The notes under the pieces: model-generated
Seen by the model: only the letters and a program-made list of their open reading frames with translations
Databases searched by the model: none
Told to the model about the DNA's origin: nothing
Made by a program: the position numbers and the translations under genes
From: Bacteroidia bacterium
GTDB lineage: Bacteria; Bacteroidota; Bacteroidia; B-17B0; Aurantibacillaceae
Direction: 5' to 3'
DNA: 43,037 nt
Assembly: GCA_035567575.1 (NCBI GenBank)
Contig: DATMPR010000378.1
Location: forward strand, 1-43,037
In this document: positions 24,842 through 34,791 of the stretch, piece after piece
Position numbering within the stretch: position 1 is the stretch's first letter
Layout: each line of letters begins with the position of its first letter

Positions 24842-25708
24842 TTGAATATACTAATCACCGGTTGCAATGGTTTAGTTGGAGAAACTTTATCGAAAGAGTT
24901 AAATAAAAATTCTTCTTTAAATCTTTACGGACTTGGACGAACAGATAAAGGCCATATTAACACCATTGTATTAGATCTTAATACAAATTGGTCTGAAAAT
25001 CAATTGCCGCAAAAAATAGATATAATTATTCATCTGGCACAGTCTGAAAAGTTCCGCGAATTTCCTGAGTCATCTTTAGAAGTTTTTAATGTTAATACTA
25101 TTAGTACTCTAAAATTATTAGATTATGCCCGTAAAGCCGGTGCATCAAAGTTTATTTATGCTTCTTCAGGCGGTATTTACGGAAATAGCAATGTCGGATT
25201 TAATGAAGATGATCTGGTAGTAAATAAAAAAGATCTTGGCTTTTACCTTGGTTCAAAATTCTGTTCTGAGATAATCGCTGAAAATTATAACACATTTTTC
25301 GATATTATTATTCTGCGCTTCTTTTTTGTTTACGGAAAAGAACAAAAATCTTCAATGCTTATTCCGCGCCTTTTGAATAACATTTTACAGGAAAAGGAAA
25401 TTGTTATTCAAGGCAACGACGGTATTAAAATAAATCCGGTTCATGTAGATGATGCTTCAAAAGCTATTATAAAATGTTTAGATATTAAGGGAAGTCATAA
25501 AATAAATATTGCCGGCCCGGATGTGCTGAGCTTACGCGAAATTTGTGAAATAATAGGAACTAAGATCGACAAAAAACCAATTTTTAAAGCGCAGGACACT
25601 GAACCAAAACATTTATTTGGAGACATTGCTAAAATGCAAAAACTATTAATTAAACCTGAAATTAAATTTGCAGAGGGAATAAACGAGCTGATCGAAAAGT
25701 ATGCTTAA
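24842..25708 (+). CDS. Extended-SDR NAD-dependent epimerase/dehydratase/reductase
   Basis: 288-aa ORF with ILITGCNGLVG, ASSGGIYG and YLGSK (YxxxK). A TTG start is required, because the Rossmann motif begins at residue 6 and there is no upstream ATG. Confidence 0.75.
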   Translation: MNILITGCNGLVGETLSKELNKNSSLNLYGLGRTDKGHINTIVLDLNTNWSENQLPQKIDIIIHLAQSEKFREFPESSLEVFNVNTISTLKLLDYARKAGASKFIYASSGGIYGNSNVGFNEDDLVVNKKDLGFYLGSKFCSEIIAENYNTFFDIIILRFFFVYGKEQKSSMLIPRLLNNILQEKEIVIQGNDGIKINPVHVDDASKAIIKCLDIKGSHKINIAGPDVLSLREICEIIGTKIDKKPIFKAQDTEPKHLFGDIAKMQKLLIKPEIKFAEGINELIEKYA

Positions 25709-26447
25709 GCTTTTTACCATTGAAGGATATAACCATTTATTAGAGCTTGCTCTTAATAATGATTATGCATTTATAGATTTTGACAAAAGTATAATAGATA
25801 AAACCGAAAAACTTTGTTTATTACGTCACGACATTGATGCCGATCTTAAAGCAGCTTTTGCCATGTCGGAAATTGAAGCGAGTTTGGGTATAAAGGCAAC
25901 TTATTTTTTAATGCTGCGTTCACCTGTTTATAATTTATTCGGGCGACAAAATCATAAATTTACAGAGGGAATACTAAAAAATGGCCATGCAATTGCTCTG
26001 CACTACGATGAAGGTTTTTATCCCGCAAACAATAGAAATTTGCAAGAACATATAGAAGCTGAAGCAAACATTCTTGAAAACATGTTTGGACAGAAAATCA
26101 GAACTGTTTCTTTTCATCAACCGGGACCTAAGATCATCTCTAATGAAATAAGGATTAAGAATTATATTAATACTTATGATAAAGAAGATTTAAAGGATAT
26201 TCAATATTTTTCTGATTCAAATAAGGTTTGGAAAAAAGATAATGCCTGGGAAATATTCGAAAAAGGCGAACATAAAAAGATTCACTTGCTTATTCATCCA
26301 ATGTGGTGGATCACAGAAAAAGAATATAGTACGGAAGAATTATGGGATAAAGTTCTGTTAGATAATATTGGAAGAAGCATGAACCAAATTGTGGAGACCG
26401 AAAGGGCTTTTGGAAATAAACGTTCTGTGAAAATTAATAAAGAGTAA
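25701..26447 (+). CDS. Divergent polysaccharide deacetylase-like (CE4-fold) protein
   Basis: 248-aa ORF. LLRHDIDADL resembles motif 1, GIKATYFLM is present, and GHAIALHYD is a His-His-like motif. Confidence 0.5.
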   Translation: MLKLFTIEGYNHLLELALNNDYAFIDFDKSIIDKTEKLCLLRHDIDADLKAAFAMSEIEASLGIKATYFLMLRSPVYNLFGRQNHKFTEGILKNGHAIALHYDEGFYPANNRNLQEHIEAEANILENMFGQKIRTVSFHQPGPKIISNEIRIKNYINTYDKEDLKDIQYFSDSNKVWKKDNAWEIFEKGEHKKIHLLIHPMWWITEKEYSTEELWDKVLLDNIGRSMNQIVETERAFGNKRSVKINKE

Positions 26448-27337
26448 TGGTTAAAATTGTAATGTGTGGCAATCATATTGGAGGAAAACCAATTATTGAA
26501 GCACTTTTAGCGGCAGGATATAAGTTTGCGTATTTTGTTTGCCTAACTCCCGAACAAGCGATTGAGAATAATGTTTCCGGATATTATGATTACACACCTT
26601 TAGCAAAAGAACACAATATATCTGTTTATATTCCTGAAAACTTTACTTTGAAAAGCGAAAAAGATCTTAATTTTTTTCATGAAAATAAATTTGATCTCTT
26701 AATACAAGGCGGATGGCAACGCCTTTTTCCAGGCGAAGTTTTAAATACTTTATCAATTGGTGCCTTAGGTTATCACGGCAGTTCCGAATTTCTTCCAAAA
26801 GGACGCGGACGTTCACCAATGAACTGGTCGCTTATTGAAGACAAAAAACAATTCATCATGCATTTATTTCTGATGAAAGAAGGAGCTGATGATGGTGACG
26901 TGATTGACTATGAAATTTTTGAGATCAATGATTTTGATGATATTGAAACATTGTATTTTAAATATGCAATTGTAAATAAAAAACTTGTTTTAAGAAATAT
27001 TGATTCTCTTATTAAAAAACAATTCAAAATTATTCCTCAGGAAGGAGAGCCAACTTACTACGCCAAGAGGACTGAAAAAGATGGCGAAATAAAATGGGAA
27101 ACAATGAGTGTTAGACAAATTTATAATTTGATAAGAGCAGTTACAAGGCCATATCCGGGCGCATGGACTTTTATAGAAGAGAAAAAAATAATTATTTGGA
27201 AAGCAAGACCGTTCGATACGAAAATAAAATACACCGGGGCCGGTTGTGGTGAAATTGTTGAACGCTTCGAAAACAAATTGGTTATAAACTGTATGGATGG
27301 TTTATTATTGGTTGACGAGTTTACGTATGGGCAATAA
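26447..27337 (+). CDS. Sugar N-formyltransferase (Fmt/ArnA-N/WbkC-like)
   Basis: 296-aa ORF. The block LLIQGGWQRLFP...GYHGSSEFLPKGRGRSPMNWSLI corresponds to the formyltransferase N/H...LLPxxRG region. The motif DDGDVI and a C-terminal Fmt_C-like domain are also present. Confidence 0.75.
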   Translation: MVKIVMCGNHIGGKPIIEALLAAGYKFAYFVCLTPEQAIENNVSGYYDYTPLAKEHNISVYIPENFTLKSEKDLNFFHENKFDLLIQGGWQRLFPGEVLNTLSIGALGYHGSSEFLPKGRGRSPMNWSLIEDKKQFIMHLFLMKEGADDGDVIDYEIFEINDFDDIETLYFKYAIVNKKLVLRNIDSLIKKQFKIIPQEGEPTYYAKRTEKDGEIKWETMSVRQIYNLIRAVTRPYPGAWTFIEEKKIIIWKARPFDTKIKYTGAGCGEIVERFENKLVINCMDGLLLVDEFTYGQ

Positions 27338-28571
27338 TAAAATTTTCATAGGTTTTAATAATATTGCTTCTCAGATCCCTGAAATAAAAGAATCTTTTAA
27401 AATAAATCACAAAATAGAATGTTTAACTGCTGTTTACGATTCCGGATCTTCTATCATTTCAAGCAAAGACATTGATTATGATATTGCGGCGGTAAAAAGA
27501 AAGTTAAAGTTATTTAATCCGCAGCGTATAGGTTTTCCGGTTAAAGAATGGTGGGATAACCGTGCAGAAGAAAAAATTTGGAAGCGTGCATTACGCGAAT
27601 GTCATACTTTTATATTTATTGTCGATTCGTTTAAAAAAGATCATCAGGAATTCGAAACCCTTAAACAAAAAAGAAAAAAAATAATTCAGGTTTTTGTTGG
27701 TGATGATGCGAGGTGGTATAATGCAATGAAGCAGGAGTTTGAAATATATAAAATGCGGCCAATTGAATATAAGGACTCCTATCATACTTCACTTGCTCAC
27801 CTGGAAGATAATTTGTGCAGGATACGCATGGCCGAGAAATATGCTGATGCCATTTTCAGCCGGCAAGATCAAGGACAAATTCAATTAAAACCATTTTACA
27901 GATGGAATATGATGGTAGTGCCTTCTCTTTATTCACACAAACCGGAACAGAGAAAAAATAAGCCTGTTATTGTGCATGCTCCATCTTCATCTGAATTCAA
28001 GGGAACCCGTTTTATTTTAGAGGCTATTGAAAAGCTAAAAGGCAAAGTTGATTTTGAATTTAAATTGATACAAAACATGCCTCGTGAAGAAGCTTTAAAA
28101 GCATATGGAGAAGGAGATATTTTAATTGACCAGGTATTATGTCCTGGTACAGGAAAAATTGCGACAGAAGCTTTAGCAAGTGGTACAATTGTTTTGTCGC
28201 TTATGAATTACGAAAAATATCCTCAGAAGAACCCGGAGGATTGTCCCGTAATTGATGTGAATCCCGATACCATTTATGATGTGTTACTTAAAATTATTCC
28301 TGATCATGAATTCAGAAGACAACATGCTTTAAAAGGCAGGCCTTACGTTGAAAAATATTTGGATGTGAGATATTTTACTGAAAAAGTTGTAAAAATAATG
28401 GAAGGCAGTCCTCCCGAATTTGACTATCACCCAGATTTTTTTAGAAATGAATTTAAACCGAAAAGTAAGCAGGAAGAAATATTAATGAATTATTGGAATT
28501 ATAAATTAAAAGATGAACCCTGGTATAAAAAAAATATAGAAGCGGGGGAAAGAGACGGTTTAATTTTTTAG
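27327..28571 (+). CDS. GT-B fold glycosyltransferase-like protein (paralogue of 22856..24175)
   Basis: It shares IVHAPSSSEFKGTRFILEAIEKLK and EALASG blocks with the 22856 product. The ATG at 27327 (MGNNKIFIGF, 11-nt overlap) is preferred over the tracked 27297 (41-nt overlap). Confidence 0.5.
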   Translation: MGNNKIFIGFNNIASQIPEIKESFKINHKIECLTAVYDSGSSIISSKDIDYDIAAVKRKLKLFNPQRIGFPVKEWWDNRAEEKIWKRALRECHTFIFIVDSFKKDHQEFETLKQKRKKIIQVFVGDDARWYNAMKQEFEIYKMRPIEYKDSYHTSLAHLEDNLCRIRMAEKYADAIFSRQDQGQIQLKPFYRWNMMVVPSLYSHKPEQRKNKPVIVHAPSSSEFKGTRFILEAIEKLKGKVDFEFKLIQNMPREEALKAYGEGDILIDQVLCPGTGKIATEALASGTIVLSLMNYEKYPQKNPEDCPVIDVNPDTIYDVLLKIIPDHEFRRQHALKGRPYVEKYLDVRYFTEKVVKIMEGSPPEFDYHPDFFRNEFKPKSKQEEILMNYWNYKLKDEPWYKKNIEAGERDGLIF

Positions 28572-29798
28572 ATGAAAAAGAAAACTATTTTGATAATCTG
28601 CTTTAATACACTTCATAACGATCCGCGTGTATTACGTCAGATAAAAGCGCTTAAAGAAGATTTTAATATTGTTGCGGCCGGTTTTTCGGATCCAAATTGT
28701 GGAGTAGATTTTATTAAACTGGAAGAGTATAAATATAAAATGATAGACTTCTATTTTAATTATCCATGGCTATTCAGGAAATTCTTCGCTCTGCTTACCA
28801 TGATCTGCATGAGAGTTAACTCTTTTAGTAGAAAATGGTCTAAGCGAATTCTTACAAGTCCGCCTTTTAATGCTTCCAACTATTATTATGAAAAAAATTA
28901 TTGGGCTGTAATGAAAAAACATTTTGTCAAATTAAAAAATGTAAACCCTGACCTAATTATAGCAAACGATTTAGATACTTTGCCTCTGGCAATAAAATTA
29001 AAAACAAGTAATACAAAAATTGTGTTTGATGCACACGAATATCATCCTCTCGAATTAGATGAAGTTGAAACATGGCGTAAAAATAGTAAACCAAAAGTAG
29101 AATATCAGTGCAAAAAATATTTGAAGGAGGCTGATTTAATGTTTACAGTTTCAGAACCAATTGCAAGAGAGTACGAAAAAAATTATGGAATTAAACCTTT
29201 GGTAATTACAAATGCGCCTTCATTTGTTAATTTAGAGCCGCGAAAAATTGAAGGGAAAATAAAATTAATTCATCACGGTGGAGCCATAAAGGAAAGGTTA
29301 TTGGAAGAAACTATTAATGTTATAAGTTATCTTGATGATAATTATACATTGGATCTGATGCTGGTATCTTCTGATCCTGTATATCTCGATCATTTAAAAG
29401 ACAAATATAAAACAGAAAAGAAAATAAAATTTCTTGATCCTGTATCTACAACTGAAATAAGCCAGAAAATAAACCAATACGACATTGGCATTTATATTTT
29501 ACCGCCTTTAAATTTTAATAATATAAATGCTTTACCCAATAAATTTTTCGAATTTATACAAGCACGTTTGGCAGTGGCTATTGGACCAATGCCTGCCATG
29601 GCTGATATAGTAAATAAATATAAGTTAGGAGTAGTGGCTGAAGGTTATGCGTCTGAAGCTTTAGCAAATTCTATCAAAAAACTCTCCGGAACAGAATTAT
29701 TCGAATGCAAAAAGAATGCAGACCGGGCTGCTAAAGAATTGTCGGCTGAGAATAATAAAGCAATTTTATTAAAAGAAATTAAAAAACTGGCGAGCTAA
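28572..29798 (+). CDS. GT4-like glycosyltransferase, module copy A
   Basis: 408-aa ORF with blocks DPRVLRQIKAL, DAHEYHP, ITNAP, IHHGG and ALPNKFFEFIQARLAV. It is a clear paralogue of 31688..32869. Confidence 0.6.
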   Translation: MKKKTILIICFNTLHNDPRVLRQIKALKEDFNIVAAGFSDPNCGVDFIKLEEYKYKMIDFYFNYPWLFRKFFALLTMICMRVNSFSRKWSKRILTSPPFNASNYYYEKNYWAVMKKHFVKLKNVNPDLIIANDLDTLPLAIKLKTSNTKIVFDAHEYHPLELDEVETWRKNSKPKVEYQCKKYLKEADLMFTVSEPIAREYEKNYGIKPLVITNAPSFVNLEPRKIEGKIKLIHHGGAIKERLLEETINVISYLDDNYTLDLMLVSSDPVYLDHLKDKYKTEKKIKFLDPVSTTEISQKINQYDIGIYILPPLNFNNINALPNKFFEFIQARLAVAIGPMPAMADIVNKYKLGVVAEGYASEALANSIKKLSGTELFECKKNADRAAKELSAENNKAILLKEIKKLAS

Positions 29799-29800
29799 GT

Positions 29801-31687
29801 ATGTGTGGCGTTGCAGGAATATTAAGTAAAGAGAAAACTAACGTTCAGTCATTGAAAAAAATGACGGATGCTATTGCACACCGTGGTCCCGATGGTGAGG
29901 GACAATGGTTAAATCCTTCAGCCAATATTGCTCTTGGCCATCGCCGTTTGTCAATTATAGATCTGAGTGATAACGCTTCGCAGCCCATGCACAGTGCTGA
30001 CGGACGTTATACGATGGTGTTTAATGGAGAAATTTATAATTACATTGAATTAAAGGAACAGTTATTAAGATCAGGACATAAATTTAAAACCGAATCCGAT
30101 ACTGAGGTACTTTTGAAATTGTATGAAATTGAAAAAGAAAATTGTCTTCAGAAACTAGATGGCATGTTTGCTTTCGCCATTTGGGATGAAAATGAAAAAA
30201 CTTTGTTCTCCGCCCGAGATCGTTTCGGTGAAAAACCTTTTTATTACTATTATGAACCAGGTAAGCAATTTATGTTTGCCTCTGAAATGAAAGCCATTTT
30301 TGCACTCGGCGTTAAAAAGGAAATTAATAACGAGATGCTCTATAATTTTATTCAGTCATCGTTTTATATAACAAGTCCTACCGACCGGAGTCAAACATTT
30401 TACAACACTATTAAAAAATTACCGCCCGCACATTTCCTGATCCTTAATGAAAGCCTTGAATTAAGTATAAAAAAATATTGGAGTCTTGATAATATTCAGA
30501 TCGATACAAATATTTCTTTTGAAGAAGCAAAAGAAAAATATACAGAATTGTTTTACCGCTCGGTGCAACGAAGATTAAGAAGCGATGTGCCTGTTGGTTC
30601 TAGTCTTTCAGGAGGATTAGATAGTTCTAGCATTGTTTGTGTAATTAATGATCTGAATAAAGAAAGAAAAATAAAACAAAATACTTTTTCGGCGCGTTTC
30701 GCTAATTTTCACAGGGATGAAGGTGATTTTATTCAGAAGGTAATTGATAAAACTAATGTGCAGCCATTTTTTACGTGGCCTGACGAGGAAGGATTTTTAG
30801 ATAACTTCGATAAATTATTGTACCATCAGGAAGAACCATTTCCCTCAGCAAGCATTTACGCGCAATATTGTGTGATGCAAAAAGCAAAAGAAGAAAATGT
30901 AACAGTATTATTAGATGGTCAGGGTGCCGACGAAATATTAGGCGGTTATGAATATTATCTTGATTTTTATTTAAGTTCCATTTATTTGGAGCAGCCTTCA
31001 GAATACAAAAAACAATTGCACGAATTCAGAAACTTGCATAAACACATGCAATTTATTGATTTAACCGAGGCACCTCCTGTTTTAAAGCCCGTGATTAAAG
31101 AAAAAACATTAACAGATAAAGTTAAAGATGTAATTCGTCCGGCTTATAAATTAGTTAATCCCGGTAAATATAAACGCATCATGGAAAAAGTTCCGGTGCC
31201 GGGATTTTTTGATAAAGAATTTACTGCAAACTTCAATAAAAACATAGGCTATGATTTTGTTTATCATGGAACAGATCTGAATGGTTATTTGAGACATTCG
31301 GTTACAACAAATAATCTCGAGGATCTGCTTAGGTTTTGTGATCGCAATTCAATGGCGCATAGCAGGGAAGTACGACTTCCTTTTCTAAGTCACGAATTAG
31401 TTGAATTTATTTTTAGTTTGCCACCGGAATTTAAAATTCATAATGGCTGGACAAAATATTTAATGCGCGAAGCGATGAAAGATATATTACCTGAAGAAAT
31501 AACCTGGCGCGTTGATAAGATCGGTTATGAGCCTCCTCAGAAAAAATGGTTAGCAACAAAAAAAGTTGTTGATAGTACGAATGATGCTTTTGAATTATTA
31601 AAGAGCAAACATATTCTTGATAAAAACGCCATTATGGAAGATCATCATAAATGGCCCGTTTTAATGTGCGCCTATTTGTTTAAGTAA
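29801..31687 (+). CDS. asnB: Asparagine synthase-like glutamine-hydrolysing amidotransferase (paralogue 2)
   Basis: 628-aa ORF with MCGVAGIL, HRGPDGEG, GHRRLSIIDLS, FNGEIYNY and SDTEV, plus the PP-loop SGGLDSSS. Confidence 0.9.
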   Translation: MCGVAGILSKEKTNVQSLKKMTDAIAHRGPDGEGQWLNPSANIALGHRRLSIIDLSDNASQPMHSADGRYTMVFNGEIYNYIELKEQLLRSGHKFKTESDTEVLLKLYEIEKENCLQKLDGMFAFAIWDENEKTLFSARDRFGEKPFYYYYEPGKQFMFASEMKAIFALGVKKEINNEMLYNFIQSSFYITSPTDRSQTFYNTIKKLPPAHFLILNESLELSIKKYWSLDNIQIDTNISFEEAKEKYTELFYRSVQRRLRSDVPVGSSLSGGLDSSSIVCVINDLNKERKIKQNTFSARFANFHRDEGDFIQKVIDKTNVQPFFTWPDEEGFLDNFDKLLYHQEEPFPSASIYAQYCVMQKAKEENVTVLLDGQGADEILGGYEYYLDFYLSSIYLEQPSEYKKQLHEFRNLHKHMQFIDLTEAPPVLKPVIKEKTLTDKVKDVIRPAYKLVNPGKYKRIMEKVPVPGFFDKEFTANFNKNIGYDFVYHGTDLNGYLRHSVTTNNLEDLLRFCDRNSMAHSREVRLPFLSHELVEFIFSLPPEFKIHNGWTKYLMREAMKDILPEEITWRVDKIGYEPPQKKWLATKKVVDSTNDAFELLKSKHILDKNAIMEDHHKWPVLMCAYLFK

Positions 31688-32869
31688 TTGAAGAAAAGAA
31701 TTCTTATTTTTTGTGAATCTGACCCTAACAAAGAACCTCGTTTGATCAGAACTATTGAGGCTCTTCAAAATAATTATAATCTCACTGTTGGAAGTTATGT
31801 TCAGTGCAAAAATTGCGATTTCATTGATTTAAGGGAATTCATTGAAAAAAAACAGCAAATTAAATTTCATTTAAAATATCCCACTATTATCCGTAAGCCA
31901 ATATCGCTTCTGCTTAATATATTTTACTATAGGACCCGATCTAAAACGGATTTCGGTCTTCTTAATCCTTTTTTCAATAACATTAAAGCAAAGAATGAAA
32001 TTAGCAAGAAGGAATTTGATGTTATTATTTGTCATGGATTAGGGTTTCTTGAGCTAAGCGCAATGTTGAAAAAAAAGCCTGTTAAATTAATTTTAAACGC
32101 TCACGAATATTACCCTTCTGAATTTGAAGATAAACCTGAGTGGAAAGAAACCGGTGAAAAATATATTAAAATACTTAATTCGTGCGCTCCGAAAATTGAT
32201 CTGATCTTTGCTGTGAATGAAACAATCGGACTGCGCTATAAAAAAGAATTTAAAATTGATTTTGTTGAAATTACAAATGCAACGGATTATGAAGTATCGT
32301 TGAAACCTGTGGAAGTAAAAAATCCAATAAAAATAGTGCATCATGGTGTTGCTTTAAAGAACAGGAAAATCGAATTAATGATAGAAGCAGTTTTAAAAAC
32401 AAAAACCCCCTGTGAATTGCATTTGATCTTGGTTCCGACAGAAAAAGATTATTATCAAGACTTGATCGAAAAATATAAAGACAAAAAAGAAATTTCATTT
32501 GAAAAACCGGTTGAAGTAAAACAAATCGCCCAAACTATAAATAAATTTGATGTCGGCCTTTTTTATCTGCAGCCTGTAAATTATAATTGGCTACACGCAT
32601 TGCCGAATAAGTTATTTGAATTTGTTCAGGCGCGTTTAGCCGTTGTTGTTAGTCCAAATCCTGATATGAAAAATTTAGTTGAGAAGTATGATCTTGGTTG
32701 GGTTGTTAATGATTTTACGTCTGAAGCTTTGGTAAAAACGCTGGATGAAATTTCGCCTGAGAAAATCAAAAATTTTAAATTAAATGCTGATAAATATGCT
32801 AAAGAACTTTCTTCCATGAAAGCGAAAGAAGCGATGTTAAATGCGATTAACCAATTATGTGCGGCATAG
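31688..32869 (+). CDS. GT4-like glycosyltransferase, module copy B
   Basis: 393-aa ORF. Its TTG start abuts the asnB-2 stop and is supported by N-terminal alignment with copy A (KKRILIFCESDPNKEPR against KKKTILIICFNTLHNDPR). Shared blocks are NAHEYYP, ITNAT, VHHG and ALPNKLFEFVQARLAV. Confidence 0.6.
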   Translation: MKKRILIFCESDPNKEPRLIRTIEALQNNYNLTVGSYVQCKNCDFIDLREFIEKKQQIKFHLKYPTIIRKPISLLLNIFYYRTRSKTDFGLLNPFFNNIKAKNEISKKEFDVIICHGLGFLELSAMLKKKPVKLILNAHEYYPSEFEDKPEWKETGEKYIKILNSCAPKIDLIFAVNETIGLRYKKEFKIDFVEITNATDYEVSLKPVEVKNPIKIVHHGVALKNRKIELMIEAVLKTKTPCELHLILVPTEKDYYQDLIEKYKDKKEISFEKPVEVKQIAQTINKFDVGLFYLQPVNYNWLHALPNKLFEFVQARLAVVVSPNPDMKNLVEKYDLGWVVNDFTSEALVKTLDEISPEKIKNFKLNADKYAKELSSMKAKEAMLNAINQLCAA

Positions 32870-34791
32870 CGGGTATATGGAATCTTAACGGAGAATCTTT
32901 GGATTCAAATACTCTCAAAAAATTCACGGATTCAATTTCGCATCGTGGTCCTGATGGCTCGGGATACGATTTGTTTTGCAATAACACATTGGGTTTAGGA
33001 CATCGCCGTTTGTCGATATTAGATCTGAGCGAGGCGGGGAAGCAGCCAATGTATAACACCGAGAAAGATCTGGTTATAAGTTTTAACGGGGAAGTATATA
33101 ATTTTATTGAGATAAAAAAAGAACTTGAACTAAGCGGTGAAAAATTTGTTACGCAAACTGATACCGAAGTTGTTTTGCGTGCGTATAAAAAATGGGGAAA
33201 AGAGTGTCTGAATAAATTTAATGGCATGTTTGCCATTGCTATTTGGGATTTAAAAAATGAAGAATTATTTTTAGCCCGCGATCGTTTCGGTGTGAAGCCG
33301 CTTTATTATTTATTTCTTCCGGGGGATAAATTAGCATTTGCTTCAGAAACTATTGCCTTTAAAAACCTGAATGGTTATTCAAGAGAAATAAACTCAAAAA
33401 TATTAAACATTGCGTTATCTACACCCGATATTATTGAAGGTTCGGATAAAACTATATTTCAAAATGTTTACCAATTGCTGCCCGGACATTTTCTAACCAT
33501 TAAGCAAAAAGAAGAACCTAAATTAAAACGTTGGTGGAACACAGCGGAAAATTTTGTTAAAGTTCCCGTGTCTTATAACGATCAAGTTGAAGAATTTACT
33601 AAACTATTTGAAAATGCCTGCAAGTTAAGGATGAGAAGCGATGTAAATATTGCTTCCGCACTTAGCGGCGGACTGGATTCAAGCTCGGTTTATTGCACGC
33701 TGCATAGATTAAAAAATTCGGGAAGTAATATTGAACGCTTGCCGCAAAACTGGCAAAAGGCTTTCGTAGCAACATTTCCCGGAACAACAGTGGATGAAAA
33801 AAAATATGCCGAGCAGGTTGTTAAATATGTCAATGGAAATGCAGTTTACATAACTCCGGATTATAAAAATTTAGTTAACGATGTTATTACCGCTACAAAA
33901 TTATTTGATGGTATTATTCAAACTCCAATAACCTCTATTTCGGATGTTTATAGATCTATGAAACAAAATGGGATAACAGTTTCTCTCGACGGACATGGTG
34001 TTGATGAAATGATGTATGGTTATAATAGCTATGTATTCGAAGCATTTTACGATTGCATAAAGAAAAAACAATTTGAGAAAGCGGAAGAATATGCTAAAAT
34101 AGTTTGTGGACTATCATCCGATTATAAATATGAGGATTTACTGAAAACAATAAAACAGTTTGACAAGTCTGTTGTTGAAAAAGGAATTTTGTTCATAAAA
34201 AATAAATTTAATAAGTCAAATCGAACCGGTAATTCATCTTCAGATTCTCCAAGATGGACAAATGCAATTGATAAGCAAACTTATGATGAAATCGTTTCCG
34301 GTTTTTCAAGCCCGGCTAAATTAAGTTCTCCTGAACAAAAAATGTACAACGATTTTCATTACAGAAGTCTGCCAATTAACTTACGTGATTTCGACCGGGC
34401 ATCCATGCAGCACGGTATAGAAATACGAATGCCATTCATGGATTACAGATTGGTGCAATATGTTTTCTCTCTTCCCTTGGAATCAAAACTGGGCGGTGGA
34501 TTTACAAAACGTATTTTACGCGACGCCATGAAAAACACAATGCCTGAGGAGATAAGAACACGAACTTTAAAAATCGGGATTGGCGCACCGATGAAAGAGT
34601 GGTTTAATAATGAATTGAAAACGTACATACTCGATACCATTCATTCCGGTAGATTTACAGGTTCTTCCTATTGGAATGGTAAAGACATCCGGGATTCGGT
34701 AGATAAGTCCTACGCCGAAAATACTTTGAATAAAAATTTTTGCAATAAAACCTGGACATTTTTAAATGCTGATATAATTTTAAATGGATAA
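32857..34791 (+). CDS. asnB: Asparagine synthase-like glutamine-hydrolysing amidotransferase (paralogue 3)
   Basis: 644-aa ORF with MCGIAGIW, HRGPDGSG, GHRRLSILDLS, FNGEVYNF and TDTEV, plus the PP-loop SGGLDSSS. It overlaps the upstream gene by 13 nt. Confidence 0.9.
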   Translation: MCGIAGIWNLNGESLDSNTLKKFTDSISHRGPDGSGYDLFCNNTLGLGHRRLSILDLSEAGKQPMYNTEKDLVISFNGEVYNFIEIKKELELSGEKFVTQTDTEVVLRAYKKWGKECLNKFNGMFAIAIWDLKNEELFLARDRFGVKPLYYLFLPGDKLAFASETIAFKNLNGYSREINSKILNIALSTPDIIEGSDKTIFQNVYQLLPGHFLTIKQKEEPKLKRWWNTAENFVKVPVSYNDQVEEFTKLFENACKLRMRSDVNIASALSGGLDSSSVYCTLHRLKNSGSNIERLPQNWQKAFVATFPGTTVDEKKYAEQVVKYVNGNAVYITPDYKNLVNDVITATKLFDGIIQTPITSISDVYRSMKQNGITVSLDGHGVDEMMYGYNSYVFEAFYDCIKKKQFEKAEEYAKIVCGLSSDYKYEDLLKTIKQFDKSVVEKGILFIKNKFNKSNRTGNSSSDSPRWTNAIDKQTYDEIVSGFSSPAKLSSPEQKMYNDFHYRSLPINLRDFDRASMQHGIEIRMPFMDYRLVQYVFSLPLESKLGGGFTKRILRDAMKNTMPEEIRTRTLKIGIGAPMKEWFNNELKTYILDTIHSGRFTGSSYWNGKDIRDSVDKSYAENTLNKNFCNKTWTFLNADIILNG

